IMG/VR virus record: IMGVR_UViG_3300001097_000003
Coordinates: 1-64,000 of that record
Direction: 5' to 3' (one strand)
DNA: 64,000 nucleotides
Source: a virus
Position numbers and translations under genes: made by a program
Part shown: positions 19,342-30,496 of the stretch, in pieces
How the letters are laid out: the number at the start of each line of letters is the position of its first letter
How positions within the stretch are numbered: position 1 is the stretch's first letter
Notes under the pieces: generated by a model
The model's input: only the letters and a program-made list of their open reading frames with translations
Databases searched by the model: none
Told to the model about the DNA's origin: nothing

Positions 19342-22300
19342 ATGGCTCAAGAGAAATCTGTTAATAACTTTTCTAAAGGATTAAGTTTATCGGCTGATAA
19401 TGTAAATCACACTAAAGATACTTATTCTTATGCTCTTAATGCTATTAAAGAAGATAGTGTTAATGCCCCTTCCATTTTAACTAATGAGAAGGGTTTTACT
19501 GTACATAAGGATTTAGGTTATGATTATATATTAGTAGGTTCTGTTTACTTAGGAAAAGAAGATAGAGTATTATTTGTAAAAAATATTGAAGGAGCTGTTA
19601 CAAAATTTAATAAGATAGTACTTATTAGAGAAGGTGTAATTTCTACTATACTAGATAACATAGCTTTAAACTTTCAAGACTCTTTTCCAATAAGAGGAAC
19701 TTTTAGAATTAATTATAAAAATGAAATAATTATCTATTGGGTAGATGGACTTAATGAAGATAGATTTCTTAATATAGATAATGGTATTGTTATTAGTGAT
19801 TTAGATAATTTGTCTATTGATATTAAATATGTACCTGCTATATTATCTTCTAAAACTATTAAAGATAATGATGGTAATTTAAGAACAGGTGCTTATGAAT
19901 TCTTTGGTTCTTATATATCTGAAGATAACGCAACAACTCCTTGGTTTCTACTATCTGCTACACCTTCTTACATAATTGATGAGAGTACACAAAATTTATC
20001 TGTATTACAATATATTACAGTAGATGGTACAGATAGTAATGTAGTAACTACTAAATCAATTGATTTAAATATCGTTAACTTAGATAGTAATTTTAAAAAA
20101 ATTAGATTAGGTATCATTAAAACTATTAATGGTGTATCTACAGGATATTATGTTGATAATATTGGTTATCTTAAAAGTACTAAAACTATATCTTATACAG
20201 GTTTTGCAGAAGAAATAGAAATAGGAGATACTTCTCAATTTGTAGTAGATCAAGTTAGATATTATGCGTCTAATGCAATTACACAATCAACTAATAGATT
20301 ACTTAGAGCAAATACTAAATCTGTTAAATTAGATGTAGATTATCAAAGTTTTGCTAATAATATAGAAGTTAACTATTATATAGATGAAGAACTTGTTATG
20401 AGTGTTCCTAACACTAAGGATTATAATACAAGATCTGATTGGTGGAAATATGCTAATAGTAAATATAGCGATAAAAAGTCTCTTATGCGAGACGAAGTAT
20501 ATAACGTAGGAATTGCTTTTGGTTTAATAGCCGAAGGTGTAGAAACTCCTGTATATCATATTCCAGGTAGATCATTAAATACAATACCAACAAGTGTATA
20601 TACAGAACAATATAGTAATAATACTAATCCTTCATTAGCTACGTGGGATAGTAATCCTATTACAGAAAATGGTGAAACTATACCAAGATGGAAAGTAGAA
20701 AATACAGCAGCTTTGTCTACAGATGGTTCTGTAAAGAAGATGGGATATTGGGAATCTGAAGAAACATATCCAGATGACTTTAATTTCCCTATTACAGGCT
20801 CTACAACGAACGGAATAGGTGTCACTAATATAAGACACCATAAAGCACCTTCGACAGCTCTGGAGCCTTTATATAGGCTTACAGAGAATAACAGTAATTA
20901 TGACTTCTATAAAAGAAATATAGGAATTAGTTTTAGTAATATTAAAATACCAGACGCATTAAAAAATAATGTATCTTATATTCGTATATATATTGCACCT
21001 AGGACTAGTGAAAGTAATAAATCTATTATTGCAAAAGGGATATTTACTAATACTTCATTAACTAAAATATCTATTAACGATAATAACGACTCTAGTAGTA
21101 ATTATTGGGTTATGCCTATTGCACCTTATAACGATCAGGATGATATATTTAATGATGCTCGAAGAGATAACTCAAGGGGAAGTAATACGTGGGATACTAT
21201 TACTAATAAATATCATAGCTTTTATTCTCCTGATACTACTTTAAAAAATCCTATTATTAATATTGATAGAATTACAATAGAACGAGAAATTAAAGGTATA
21301 GTACATTATTATAATACGGTAGCTACTAAGATAAATGTAGATCCTTTATATACACGTAAAGATTCTAAAGGAAATGGTCATAAAGATTCTTCTTCTAATG
21401 GAGGATATAAAAGAGATTTATTCTTTAACGATGATAACAAAGGTAGATTAATAAATGCTGATGGAGAAGAACGACCTGATCTTATATATAATTTAGCAGA
21501 AGAATTTAAAACTACTTATAAATCTATTGCTATTTTTAATGGAGAAAATAAAGTTTTATCTAGTAAAGGTAGAAGAAAAGTAAAACAAGCAGTATACGTA
21601 CCTTTTAATGGTAGACTATCTACAGATCAGTTAGGTGGTATGGATAATCCATATTATTCTCCTTATGGATCTGCAAATGTATTAGTAGAATTAGATCCTA
21701 CTTATAATGCATTAGGTGCTACACAAACTGAAGATACTTCTTTTAATTTTAAAGATAATGATGCTGGTAAGAATTTTACTAATGTAACTTATTCACTATT
21801 ATCAGGATCTAAAAAAGGTACTTATCATTTTCATACAATAGATAATCCAGTTGCTGTATATAGATATGGTGCTCTTAAAAGAACTAATAATACTCAATAC
21901 GGTACTATAGAAGGTACTGAATATTTACCAACAGATTTAGTTGCTGTTACTCCTATTTTTAATGTAGATAATACTTTAACTACAGAATTAAAAGGATTAA
22001 TAGGTGATGCTTACGTAGATCCATTTTCTGTTAAAAGAACCAGATGGTTTTCAAAAAAGAACCATACTTATTTAGCGTTACCAGAAATTCACGTAGGTGT
22101 ATCAACATTTTTTACTGAATCTAATGTTAATCATAGACTTCGTTATGCTGAAGGTACTGAAGGTAAAAATTATTATCCTAAAGCAATATTAACTACTCCT
22201 ATTAAAGAATGGTTAGATGATTATGATAATATAGTATTAAAAGATAATTATTATAAATATAATAGTGATTTTAATAAAGATTCTTCTAAAAGAAATTATG

Positions 22301-24639
22301 GATTAGATATAATAGATTTAGATTTAGAAACTATATTATCTTATCCTACTAGAATTTTATATTCAGAAAAACTTTTAGATGAAGAAAGAAGTGATAGTTA
22401 TAGAGTTTATTTAGCTAATAATTATAGGGACTTACCTAAAAATAAAGGATCTATTACCCATCTATTTACTAAAAATCAAGAGTTAATAGCTATTACTAGA
22501 GATAGTATATGGAAGATATTTGCTTCTAATCAGACTATTAAAACTACATCAGAAGATAATATAACGGTGGGTACTGGTGAATTCTTTTCATTAGATCCTG
22601 TAGAATTTATGTCTATTGAAGGAGGATATGCTGGTTCATCATCTAAAATGGGACTTGTAGAAACACCTTATGGATATTTTTATTGTGATAGATATAAAGG
22701 TAGATTTATATTATTTGATGAACAACAGAAAGATTTATCTTTAGTTGGTGTTACAGATTATATTAAAGAGAATTATCAACTTGAAATTACTAAACAAATT
22801 ACTACATTAGAAAAGGAGTTTGATAATCCTTTATCTAATTATGGATATACTGTAGGATTTGAACCTATTACTAATAGAATACTAGTTACTAAACTTGATT
22901 ATAAGTTTACAACAACTACTTTCTTAAAATATAAAGGTCGATATAATCCAGCTACTACTTATACAATAGGTGATATATATTTAAAAGATGATGGATTATT
23001 TTATACTTATCAACAAATTAATTCAGATGTGGTTACTATATATGAATCAAGCAATTTAAGTAATTTTACCCCATCTACAGTTAATCCTATATCTTATACA
23101 TTTACTAATCCTGTTACAGGTACAGCAGCTAAAGATCCATTAGATAGTACAAAATTAATATATACACCAGTTGCTGCGTTTGTAGGAACAGATACTTTTT
23201 CTATTACATCAAGTTGTTTAATAGAACCTATTACTGTAACAGTACAAAATAGTCCTACTGTACCAGATTATAATCCTTCTATACCAGAAAATTCTCCTGT
23301 TGCTACAACAGTAACTACAATAACAGGTACGTATACAGATACTTTAACTTATGAAATAGTAGAAAGTGATGATGTATCAAATGTATTTAGTATAAATTCT
23401 ACTACAGGAGTAATAACCGTTATTGATCCTTCAACATTAAATTTTAATATAAAAGATCAATACTTATTACAAGTAGGTGTAACAGGTGCTGATAGTAAAT
23501 ATACAGAAAGTACTGTAACAATAGATATTACACCAGTATCTTCTGTATTAACAGGAATAAATAGTACCGTAACTATATTAGATACTACTTTATCTGGAAC
23601 AATAATTAAAATACTTCCTCCTGCTACTTATGTAGGAGAACAATTTCCTTCTTTATTATATACATTAAATAGTGAATCTACACCAGATATATTTGATTAT
23701 GATTTAGATGAAGAAAATAATTTAACAGTTGCTTTAATTGATAATGCGTCATTAAATCCTGCTACGTTAAATACTTATACAATAACTTTTAAAGTAGAAG
23801 ATAATAATAATTCTGCTATATTTGATTTATTTACATTAATAATAACTGTATTATATGATCCTGATACTTTAACTAATGAACCGGGTGATTATACTTGTAG
23901 TACTTCTGTTGAATATTATAATGTAAAAAAATCAGGTTCTTTTCAAAAAGTATGTAGTACTGGTTCAACTGGTAGTTATGTAACTTATATAGTTCCTGCT
24001 AATACATATAGTTCTAGTAGTTCTCAAGCTGCTGCTGATAATTTAGCACAATCTGCTGTAGATGCTAATGGACAAACATATGCTAATGCTAATGGTACTT
24101 GTTTAGTAAATAGTATTATATCTACTTTAGTAGTTGACATGTATTATGATAATGAATTTGATGTTGGTGCATATATAGATACTATAGGGGTTGCTGAATC
24201 TAATAATATAGCAGATATAAATAATAATTTTTATCCTATAGGAAGCTCTGCTTCAGATAGTTTAATATTAGCTTCGGATAAAGTATTAACAAGTTCTTTA
24301 AGAAAAAGATTCCAATTTAATATAGGAAAATTAATATCAATGTATCCAAATGCTACTATTATACCAGAATTTACTTTTAAAATAAGAGGTAGAAGTAATT
24401 CAGTAGGATTGAGATATGGTGTATATTCACTTAAATATCCTTTTCAAACAATGATTATGACTGGTTCTGATGGAAGTTATATACCTACTATTACACCGGG
24501 GGGTGGTCCAACACCAATTAATTATAGTACTCATATAGTAACAGGTGGTGATGGTACAATAGGATTAGGAATAGGTGATGTAATATTATCATTTAAATAT
24601 AACAGAGCTTTAAATACAGTTTCAATAACAACATATTAA
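19342..24639 (+). CDS. large tail / adhesin-type structural protein
   Basis: 1765 aa. It has cadherin-like repeats (IPENSPVATTVTTITGT...FSINSTTGVITVIDP) at about 23250-23800. It also has a Bacteroidota-type motif YYNVKKSGSFQKVCSTGSTGSYVTYIVPANTYSSSSSQAAADNLAQSAVDANGQTYANANGTC at about 23910-24100. Confidence 0.65.
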   Translation: MAQEKSVNNFSKGLSLSADNVNHTKDTYSYALNAIKEDSVNAPSILTNEKGFTVHKDLGYDYILVGSVYLGKEDRVLFVKNIEGAVTKFNKIVLIREGVISTILDNIALNFQDSFPIRGTFRINYKNEIIIYWVDGLNEDRFLNIDNGIVISDLDNLSIDIKYVPAILSSKTIKDNDGNLRTGAYEFFGSYISEDNATTPWFLLSATPSYIIDESTQNLSVLQYITVDGTDSNVVTTKSIDLNIVNLDSNFKKIRLGIIKTINGVSTGYYVDNIGYLKSTKTISYTGFAEEIEIGDTSQFVVDQVRYYASNAITQSTNRLLRANTKSVKLDVDYQSFANNIEVNYYIDEELVMSVPNTKDYNTRSDWWKYANSKYSDKKSLMRDEVYNVGIAFGLIAEGVETPVYHIPGRSLNTIPTSVYTEQYSNNTNPSLATWDSNPITENGETIPRWKVENTAALSTDGSVKKMGYWESEETYPDDFNFPITGSTTNGIGVTNIRHHKAPSTALEPLYRLTENNSNYDFYKRNIGISFSNIKIPDALKNNVSYIRIYIAPRTSESNKSIIAKGIFTNTSLTKISINDNNDSSSNYWVMPIAPYNDQDDIFNDARRDNSRGSNTWDTITNKYHSFYSPDTTLKNPIINIDRITIEREIKGIVHYYNTVATKINVDPLYTRKDSKGNGHKDSSSNGGYKRDLFFNDDNKGRLINADGEERPDLIYNLAEEFKTTYKSIAIFNGENKVLSSKGRRKVKQAVYVPFNGRLSTDQLGGMDNPYYSPYGSANVLVELDPTYNALGATQTEDTSFNFKDNDAGKNFTNVTYSLLSGSKKGTYHFHTIDNPVAVYRYGALKRTNNTQYGTIEGTEYLPTDLVAVTPIFNVDNTLTTELKGLIGDAYVDPFSVKRTRWFSKKNHTYLALPEIHVGVSTFFTESNVNHRLRYAEGTEGKNYYPKAILTTPIKEWLDDYDNIVLKDNYYKYNSDFNKDSSKRNYGLDIIDLDLETILSYPTRILYSEKLLDEERSDSYRVYLANNYRDLPKNKGSITHLFTKNQELIAITRDSIWKIFASNQTIKTTSEDNITVGTGEFFSLDPVEFMSIEGGYAGSSSKMGLVETPYGYFYCDRYKGRFILFDEQQKDLSLVGVTDYIKENYQLEITKQITTLEKEFDNPLSNYGYTVGFEPITNRILVTKLDYKFTTTTFLKYKGRYNPATTYTIGDIYLKDDGLFYTYQQINSDVVTIYESSNLSNFTPSTVNPISYTFTNPVTGTAAKDPLDSTKLIYTPVAAFVGTDTFSITSSCLIEPITVTVQNSPTVPDYNPSIPENSPVATTVTTITGTYTDTLTYEIVESDDVSNVFSINSTTGVITVIDPSTLNFNIKDQYLLQVGVTGADSKYTESTVTIDITPVSSVLTGINSTVTILDTTLSGTIIKILPPATYVGEQFPSLLYTLNSESTPDIFDYDLDEENNLTVALIDNASLNPATLNTYTITFKVEDNNNSAIFDLFTLIITVLYDPDTLTNEPGDYTCSTSVEYYNVKKSGSFQKVCSTGSTGSYVTYIVPANTYSSSSSQAAADNLAQSAVDANGQTYANANGTCLVNSIISTLVVDMYYDNEFDVGAYIDTIGVAESNNIADINNNFYPIGSSASDSLILASDKVLTSSLRKRFQFNIGKLISMYPNATIIPEFTFKIRGRSNSVGLRYGVYSLKYPFQTMIMTGSDGSYIPTITPGGGPTPINYSTHIVTGGDGTIGLGIGDVILSFKYNRALNTVSITTY

Positions 24640-25829
24640 TGGCTAGAGGAACTAAAACATATACAACAGGAAAAATTAGATCAAGTAGAACTAATAGTAT
24701 TATTAATACTTATAGTAATGTAAATCCTGCTTTAATTTTTCAAGCGGGTACAGATTATGAGTTTCAAAAACAATATTATGCACCAGAATTAAATTCTATA
24801 GATTGTATAGATCCTGATGTTAGTCCTAATCCATATACATTTACAGATGTAACAGGAAGTAATATTAGTACTGTAAATACTTCTAATACAATAACTATTT
24901 CAGGATTGGGAAGTGGTAACATTATTGCTGTATCAATAATTGGTGGAGGAGAATATAGTAAGAATGGTGGAGCTTATACATCATCAGCAGGAACTGCTAC
25001 AAATGCAGATACTTTTGCTGTAAGAGCAACATCTTCTTCTTTATACATAACTGCTGTAAATGTTACATTAACCACAGGAGATTATTCAGATACATATACA
25101 ATCACTACTAAAGTAGCTCCTGCTGTAACGGTAAATTATTCATTATCTAAAGGAGCTAATCCATATGTAGATATATTATTTGTACCTACAGTAAACGGAA
25201 CCAATATTGGAAATATCTATCCTACTTCTACAGGAACTTTTGGAGGAATCGTAGCTGGTAATAGTGTTTATATCGGACTTGTCCATGCAATTGCAAGTAC
25301 TCCTTGGCCTGATAATAGTAAAGCATCTTTAGTAATAACTGCTGATGGTACAACAATATTTAATAGTGGTGATATAACCGATCCTACTATTCTTGGTTTA
25401 ACAAATTATACATTTACTGCTTTAGAAGGAGTTGTATATCAAGTTAACGGAGTTTCATCTAGTACATCCACAGCATATACAAATAGAGTATTTAATATGG
25501 ATAATCAATCTACAGCTCCTTTATCGACTAATTCAGAAATTATATCATTTGATTTTGTAGATAATACTGATTTATTGTTTAAATTACATACAGCACAATA
25601 TATTCAACCTCATAATAATATATCATTTAACTGGTTAACAGATGCTAATACTGGTAAATTAACAATAGTTAATAATTCATTAGTTAATTTAGATTTTGCA
25701 TTATCAAATATTCCTCACGGAGGAGCATACAATACTACTATTACTATTTTAGCAGGAGCAACTGGAATATTTAATAACATACCTAAAACAAGTTATACAA
25801 TTACTTACGTTAATACACCTGCTTTATAA
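24639..25829 (+). CDS. hypothetical tail protein with Ig-like-looking segment
   Basis: 396 aa, rich in Thr, Ser and Asn. It shares an ATGA-type overlap with the preceding gene. Confidence 0.5.
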   Translation: MARGTKTYTTGKIRSSRTNSIINTYSNVNPALIFQAGTDYEFQKQYYAPELNSIDCIDPDVSPNPYTFTDVTGSNISTVNTSNTITISGLGSGNIIAVSIIGGGEYSKNGGAYTSSAGTATNADTFAVRATSSSLYITAVNVTLTTGDYSDTYTITTKVAPAVTVNYSLSKGANPYVDILFVPTVNGTNIGNIYPTSTGTFGGIVAGNSVYIGLVHAIASTPWPDNSKASLVITADGTTIFNSGDITDPTILGLTNYTFTALEGVVYQVNGVSSSTSTAYTNRVFNMDNQSTAPLSTNSEIISFDFVDNTDLLFKLHTAQYIQPHNNISFNWLTDANTGKLTIVNNSLVNLDFALSNIPHGGAYNTTITILAGATGIFNNIPKTSYTITYVNTPAL

Positions 25830-25838
25830 TATTAAACA

Positions 25839-26885
25839 ATGGCTACCATAACAGTAAATAATAATGAACCCTCTACTATTGATGTTAACGCATTAATTAA
25901 TAGTAGTTCTGATGGTAATTGGATAATTTCTGGTTCAACAATAGTACATAATAATGTAAGACCATCTTATATGGATAGAGCTATTGATGCTCTTAAGGTA
26001 GGTAATACTTATGAAGTTACTTATACAGTATCTGCAATACCTTCTTGTACTGTTAGAGTATATTTAGGAGATACAGCAGGTACTATTAGATCAACTACGG
26101 GTACATTTGTTGAAACTCTTAGTTTAGTAGGATTAAAAAAAGTACGTTTTTGGGCTAATGGTAATGTAACAATTACTTATGTTAAGATAACCGAAGTGGT
26201 TCAAACTGTAATAGAAACTCCTGTTAATTTACAAGATACTACAATAATAGAAAATAAGTCTTGGACTTTTTCGTATTATCCTATATTACAACAATGGGTA
26301 TCTTCCCATAGTTATATACCTAATAATTATTTAATACATCCAACTAAATTCTTAGCTAAAAGAAATGATACTCAATTAAAAATAAGTACTTCAGGTACTT
26401 ATGGATCTTTCTTTGATGTAAGTATTAAACCATTTATTGTTGAAAGTGTATTTAATGATTCTCCTTTATCTAGTAAAGTATTTGATAATATAACAGTTAA
26501 TCTTATATCAGAAGATAATAAGATTTCTACTAACAAATTCTTTGATAAACTTATACTAAGTACAGAATATCAATGTAGTGGTGAAATAATATTAGATACT
26601 ACTAATCTTACTAAGAAAGAACGTAATTGGATGATTAATAAATTCTCTGATTTAACTAATAGTAGTAGTGAGAAATTATTTTCAACAGATTGGGATGATA
26701 CTAAAACTCAATATCCTATTGATAAAGTAGTTAATACAGATAAAATAGATGTTGCTAAACCTTGGTATCAACAAGCTAGATTTAGAGATAAATTTCTAGC
26801 AGTAAGATTTATTGAGAATAACTTGCAAAATCAAAAGATAATCGTTAAATTTGTAAGTTCTATATTTAGACAGTCACAACGCTAA
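25839..26885 (+). CDS. hypothetical tail protein
   Basis: 348-aa ORF in the tail gene block. Confidence 0.5.
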   Translation: MATITVNNNEPSTIDVNALINSSSDGNWIISGSTIVHNNVRPSYMDRAIDALKVGNTYEVTYTVSAIPSCTVRVYLGDTAGTIRSTTGTFVETLSLVGLKKVRFWANGNVTITYVKITEVVQTVIETPVNLQDTTIIENKSWTFSYYPILQQWVSSHSYIPNNYLIHPTKFLAKRNDTQLKISTSGTYGSFFDVSIKPFIVESVFNDSPLSSKVFDNITVNLISEDNKISTNKFFDKLILSTEYQCSGEIILDTTNLTKKERNWMINKFSDLTNSSSEKLFSTDWDDTKTQYPIDKVVNTDKIDVAKPWYQQARFRDKFLAVRFIENNLQNQKIIVKFVSSIFRQSQR

Positions 26886-28801
26886 TGAAAGTAAATAAAA
26901 AATCTAAAAAAAATAAATATGACTTAGGATCATTTGTTAAGCAAAATCAACAAGGTATTGGTATTGGTGGACAACTATTGTCTGGTGGTTTAGATATGTT
27001 AAAGAATCCTAATAAAGCGAATGTAGGCTTATCTACAGGTCAAGGTATATTATCTGGTGCTTCAGCAGGTGCTGCTCTAGGTCCTTGGGGTATGGCAGGA
27101 GGTGCTTTAATTGGTGGAGCAGGGGCCTTACTAGGTGCTTCAAAACAGAAGAGATTATTAGAAGATCAATATCAAGATACATTAGGTCAGGCATATGATA
27201 GTAATTATACTAATATGAATACTTCTTCTGTTAATCCTTATGGTACTCAAATATATCAAGATGGTGGAAAGGTAGCTAAAAATATTAAAAAGCAATCTAA
27301 TCCTTCATTACCTAATTGGGATGGTATGGTACAAAAAGCAGACGGTACAGTAGGTATGTGGGGTAATCCTTTAAACAATTCTACTTATAATCCTCAAGTA
27401 GGATTATATCCTAAAGGAAATGTACCTAAAAATCAAGTAGATAGTCTTATGAACTTGTATCCTAATCTAGGACTTAATTATATTAACCCTAATGGACAAT
27501 CTCCTATGCTTGGAGCTAATCAATCAGATATGGTTAAGAAGATGTTATCAAGTAATAAATTTGCTAATGGTGGAGATATAGATCAAAATATTATTAATAT
27601 AGAAAAAGGTGAGTTACAAATAGATCCTAATAGTGGTAAAGTACTAAGAGAATATAATGGAATAAATCCTGAAACAGCTGGATTATACTCCCCCCATTCC
27701 AAAGGTAAAGACAGTAAGAATAACTTTGTAACAGCAGAACCTAATACATTTATCATTACTAAAGCTAAGGCTAGTAAGTATAAAACTGCTATTGACAATA
27801 ATGATAAATTAGCTCAACAGACTATATTACAAAATATACGTAATTATAAATCAGAAGTTAAGAATGGTAAACTAGAGTTTGCTTTAGGTGGAGGAGTACC
27901 TAATAATACTAATCCTTATATGCCTAATAAATACTTAGGTACATCAGGTCCTTATGGAGTACAACCGGCTCCTTTTACTTGGGGTGATCCTAATGCAGCT
28001 CCTCCTAGTAATCCTATGTTAAACTTTAAAGGAATTCCTACTATGGCTCAAGTAGCAGGTAGTACAGGAGGTTTTATAGGTGGTAATCCAGGTTTGGCAA
28101 CAAATTATAAATCGGTTCCTCAATCTTTTCCTAATGGTCAATCAAATCAAGCAGGAGGATCACAATTATCTAAAGGTTTAGATTTTGCTTCTAAATATGG
28201 ATCTGCTTTAGTAAATGTAGGTAGAGGAATATTTGGTAATGTTGAAACTCAAGCTAGAGGACAAGCTATTACGAATCCTTATCAAAATCAAGTATTAGAT
28301 AATATGCCTCAAGATGTTAATATGCAACCAGCATATAATAGCGTATTAGGACAACAGAGACTAGCAGTTAATGATATTAGAAATCAATCTAATAACTCCG
28401 CTGTATATAGAGCTAATAGACAAAATATAGGATCTAATACTCAACGTAACTTAGGAAGTCTTAGATTACAAGAGCAACAGATAAATAATCAAGCAAGAGG
28501 TCAACGTGCTGGTATATATAATAGTCTAGGACAACAGTCTATGCGAGAACAAGAAAGAATGCAGTCACTTAATTTTCAAGCAGATCAAATTAACTCTCAG
28601 AACAGAGCAGCTAAATCTGGTCTATTAGGAACTGGGTTGTCTCAAATGCAACAAGTTTATCAGAACGATCAATATAATAATCAATTACAAAATATGGATA
28701 AATTTAAAGCTAATCTATTACCACAAATATATAGTAATTTAAAATACTATCAAGATACTTTTGGTAAAGACGCTATTGATAAATTATTAAAAGGAAACTA
28801 A
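26885..28801 (+). CDS. glycine-zipper / Q-N-rich internal virion (ejection) protein candidate
   Basis: 638 aa. The N-terminus has Gly-rich hydrophobic segments (GILSGASAGAALGPWGMAGGALIGGAGALLGA). The C-terminal roughly 180 aa are strongly Q/N-rich. Confidence 0.45.
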   Translation: MKVNKKSKKNKYDLGSFVKQNQQGIGIGGQLLSGGLDMLKNPNKANVGLSTGQGILSGASAGAALGPWGMAGGALIGGAGALLGASKQKRLLEDQYQDTLGQAYDSNYTNMNTSSVNPYGTQIYQDGGKVAKNIKKQSNPSLPNWDGMVQKADGTVGMWGNPLNNSTYNPQVGLYPKGNVPKNQVDSLMNLYPNLGLNYINPNGQSPMLGANQSDMVKKMLSSNKFANGGDIDQNIINIEKGELQIDPNSGKVLREYNGINPETAGLYSPHSKGKDSKNNFVTAEPNTFIITKAKASKYKTAIDNNDKLAQQTILQNIRNYKSEVKNGKLEFALGGGVPNNTNPYMPNKYLGTSGPYGVQPAPFTWGDPNAAPPSNPMLNFKGIPTMAQVAGSTGGFIGGNPGLATNYKSVPQSFPNGQSNQAGGSQLSKGLDFASKYGSALVNVGRGIFGNVETQARGQAITNPYQNQVLDNMPQDVNMQPAYNSVLGQQRLAVNDIRNQSNNSAVYRANRQNIGSNTQRNLGSLRLQEQQINNQARGQRAGIYNSLGQQSMREQERMQSLNFQADQINSQNRAAKSGLLGTGLSQMQQVYQNDQYNNQLQNMDKFKANLLPQIYSNLKYYQDTFGKDAIDKLLKGN

Positions 28802-28803
28802 TT

Positions 28804-30495
28804 ATGGCAATAAATCGTTATTCCAAAGCTATAGATCAAAGTTTAGAGAAATATGTTCCTTTACCATTTCAAGAAATGATGATGGCTGGAGCTGCTATTC
28901 AACAAAGAGGTGATCTAGCACAACAACAAGTTGATCAGGTTGAAACAGGTTTAGGTTCTATTGAAGCCTATGCTCCTGCTCAAAAAGAATTTATTAGTAA
29001 TTATGTTAATGATTTTAGATCTAAAACAACTAGTCTTTTAGATAAATATCAAGGTAATACATCTGATCCTGAATTTATCAGAGAGTCTAAGAAAATAAAT
29101 ATGCAATTTGCTAGTGATCCTAGACTTAAAATAATTAAAGAAGCGAATGATAAGATTAAATTTAATGAACAAATATCTGGTAAACTTCAAGCAGAAGGTA
29201 AATTATTTATCAAACCTGAATTTAGTGGTGTAGATGAAAGAGGTAATCTTAGTGCCAATGTTGGTAATGTTCAAGCAGTTAATACTCTTGATGATTGGAC
29301 TAGATCTGGTGCAATAGCCCATGCTTCTACAGAAGAAATTGGTTCTACTATAACTAATAAGAATAATTTAAATAGATGGAGACAAACTATTGCTAGTGAT
29401 ATACAAGGTCAACAAAAACTTACTAAAGCATTTATGCAACAAGGTATGACTCAAGAAGAAGCAGCTAATGCTGTTAACTCTAGTGTACAAGGACTTGTTA
29501 ATCAATATGGTATAGAAAGTAAGGTTAATACAGGTTTATTATCTCTAGGATTACAAGAAAAAAATATGAAACAAAGTGCTTATCAATTTGAGCAAAGTAG
29601 AACAGATAGACAAGCTGAACTAGCCGCGGCTAGAGCAAATGCTTTAGAAATAGCAAAAATAAAAAGTAATAAAGGAGCGGGTTCTGTATTAACACCTTCT
29701 TTTAATGGTTTTGCAAATAGAATAGGATCTGTGGGAACAGTAACTGTTGGAGAAGAAGATGATGTAAAAATAAAACATGTATTTGGTTCAGGAACATCTT
29801 CTAATGGTATTCAAAATAGGACTATGAAAAATGAGACTGTCTCTGGTAAGATATACGATCTATCTAGTGGGTCTTACAGACCTGTAAATAAATCAATAAA
29901 TGTTATTGAGGGTACAGAAATAGGTAGTAAAAATGTGTGGGTTAGAGAAGATAATGGTGAATTAATTATGATGAATACTAATGCCACACCTAAAATTAAT
30001 TATATTAATGGTAACCCTCATATTTCCGTAAAAAGAGGTGATAAACAAGTTAATGTTCCTATAGCTGAGAGAACTGTAAAAGAATATAGTTATAATGTTA
30101 ATGCTGGACAAAAAGGTTCTGCTGCCGAAGAAGGTAAATTAAAATCGTTTTTTAAATTAGCAAGTCCAGAAGAAGCAATTGATCAGATGGGGTATTCAAA
30201 TGCGGCTTATGAAAATATGGGACAAACTAGACCTAGAAGTGTAGTTAATAGTAAAGGATCTTTAGATATAGATCTTGATTTTGTTAAGAAAAATTTAGGT
30301 GATTCTGCTTATAAATATTTTAAAGATTTAAATAATTTATCATTAACAGAACGTGATTATACTGAAGAAGAAATGGACAATATAGAGATGCTTCAAAATT
30401 ATGATACAAGAAAATCATTATGGGACAGTAAAGTATATCCTAAATATTTGAATCAAGGTAAATTAAAAAATATAGCAATAACAGACGAAGATTAA
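28804..30495 (+). CDS. hypothetical internal virion protein candidate
   Basis: 563-aa ORF between the Gly/Q/N-rich protein and the giant ORF. No motif recognised. Confidence 0.45.
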   Translation: MAINRYSKAIDQSLEKYVPLPFQEMMMAGAAIQQRGDLAQQQVDQVETGLGSIEAYAPAQKEFISNYVNDFRSKTTSLLDKYQGNTSDPEFIRESKKINMQFASDPRLKIIKEANDKIKFNEQISGKLQAEGKLFIKPEFSGVDERGNLSANVGNVQAVNTLDDWTRSGAIAHASTEEIGSTITNKNNLNRWRQTIASDIQGQQKLTKAFMQQGMTQEEAANAVNSSVQGLVNQYGIESKVNTGLLSLGLQEKNMKQSAYQFEQSRTDRQAELAAARANALEIAKIKSNKGAGSVLTPSFNGFANRIGSVGTVTVGEEDDVKIKHVFGSGTSSNGIQNRTMKNETVSGKIYDLSSGSYRPVNKSINVIEGTEIGSKNVWVREDNGELIMMNTNATPKINYINGNPHISVKRGDKQVNVPIAERTVKEYSYNVNAGQKGSAAEEGKLKSFFKLASPEEAIDQMGYSNAAYENMGQTRPRSVVNSKGSLDIDLDFVKKNLGDSAYKYFKDLNNLSLTERDYTEEEMDNIEMLQNYDTRKSLWDSKVYPKYLNQGKLKNIAITDED

Positions 30496-30496
30496 T

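Noticed and set aside
20556-20841. Minus-strand ORFs 20556-20825 and 20635-20841, inside the 1765-aa gene.
   Set aside because: They are nested antisense ORFs with no supporting signals.
27583-27798. Minus-strand ORF inside the 638-aa gene.
   Set aside because: It is a nested antisense ORF with no supporting signals.
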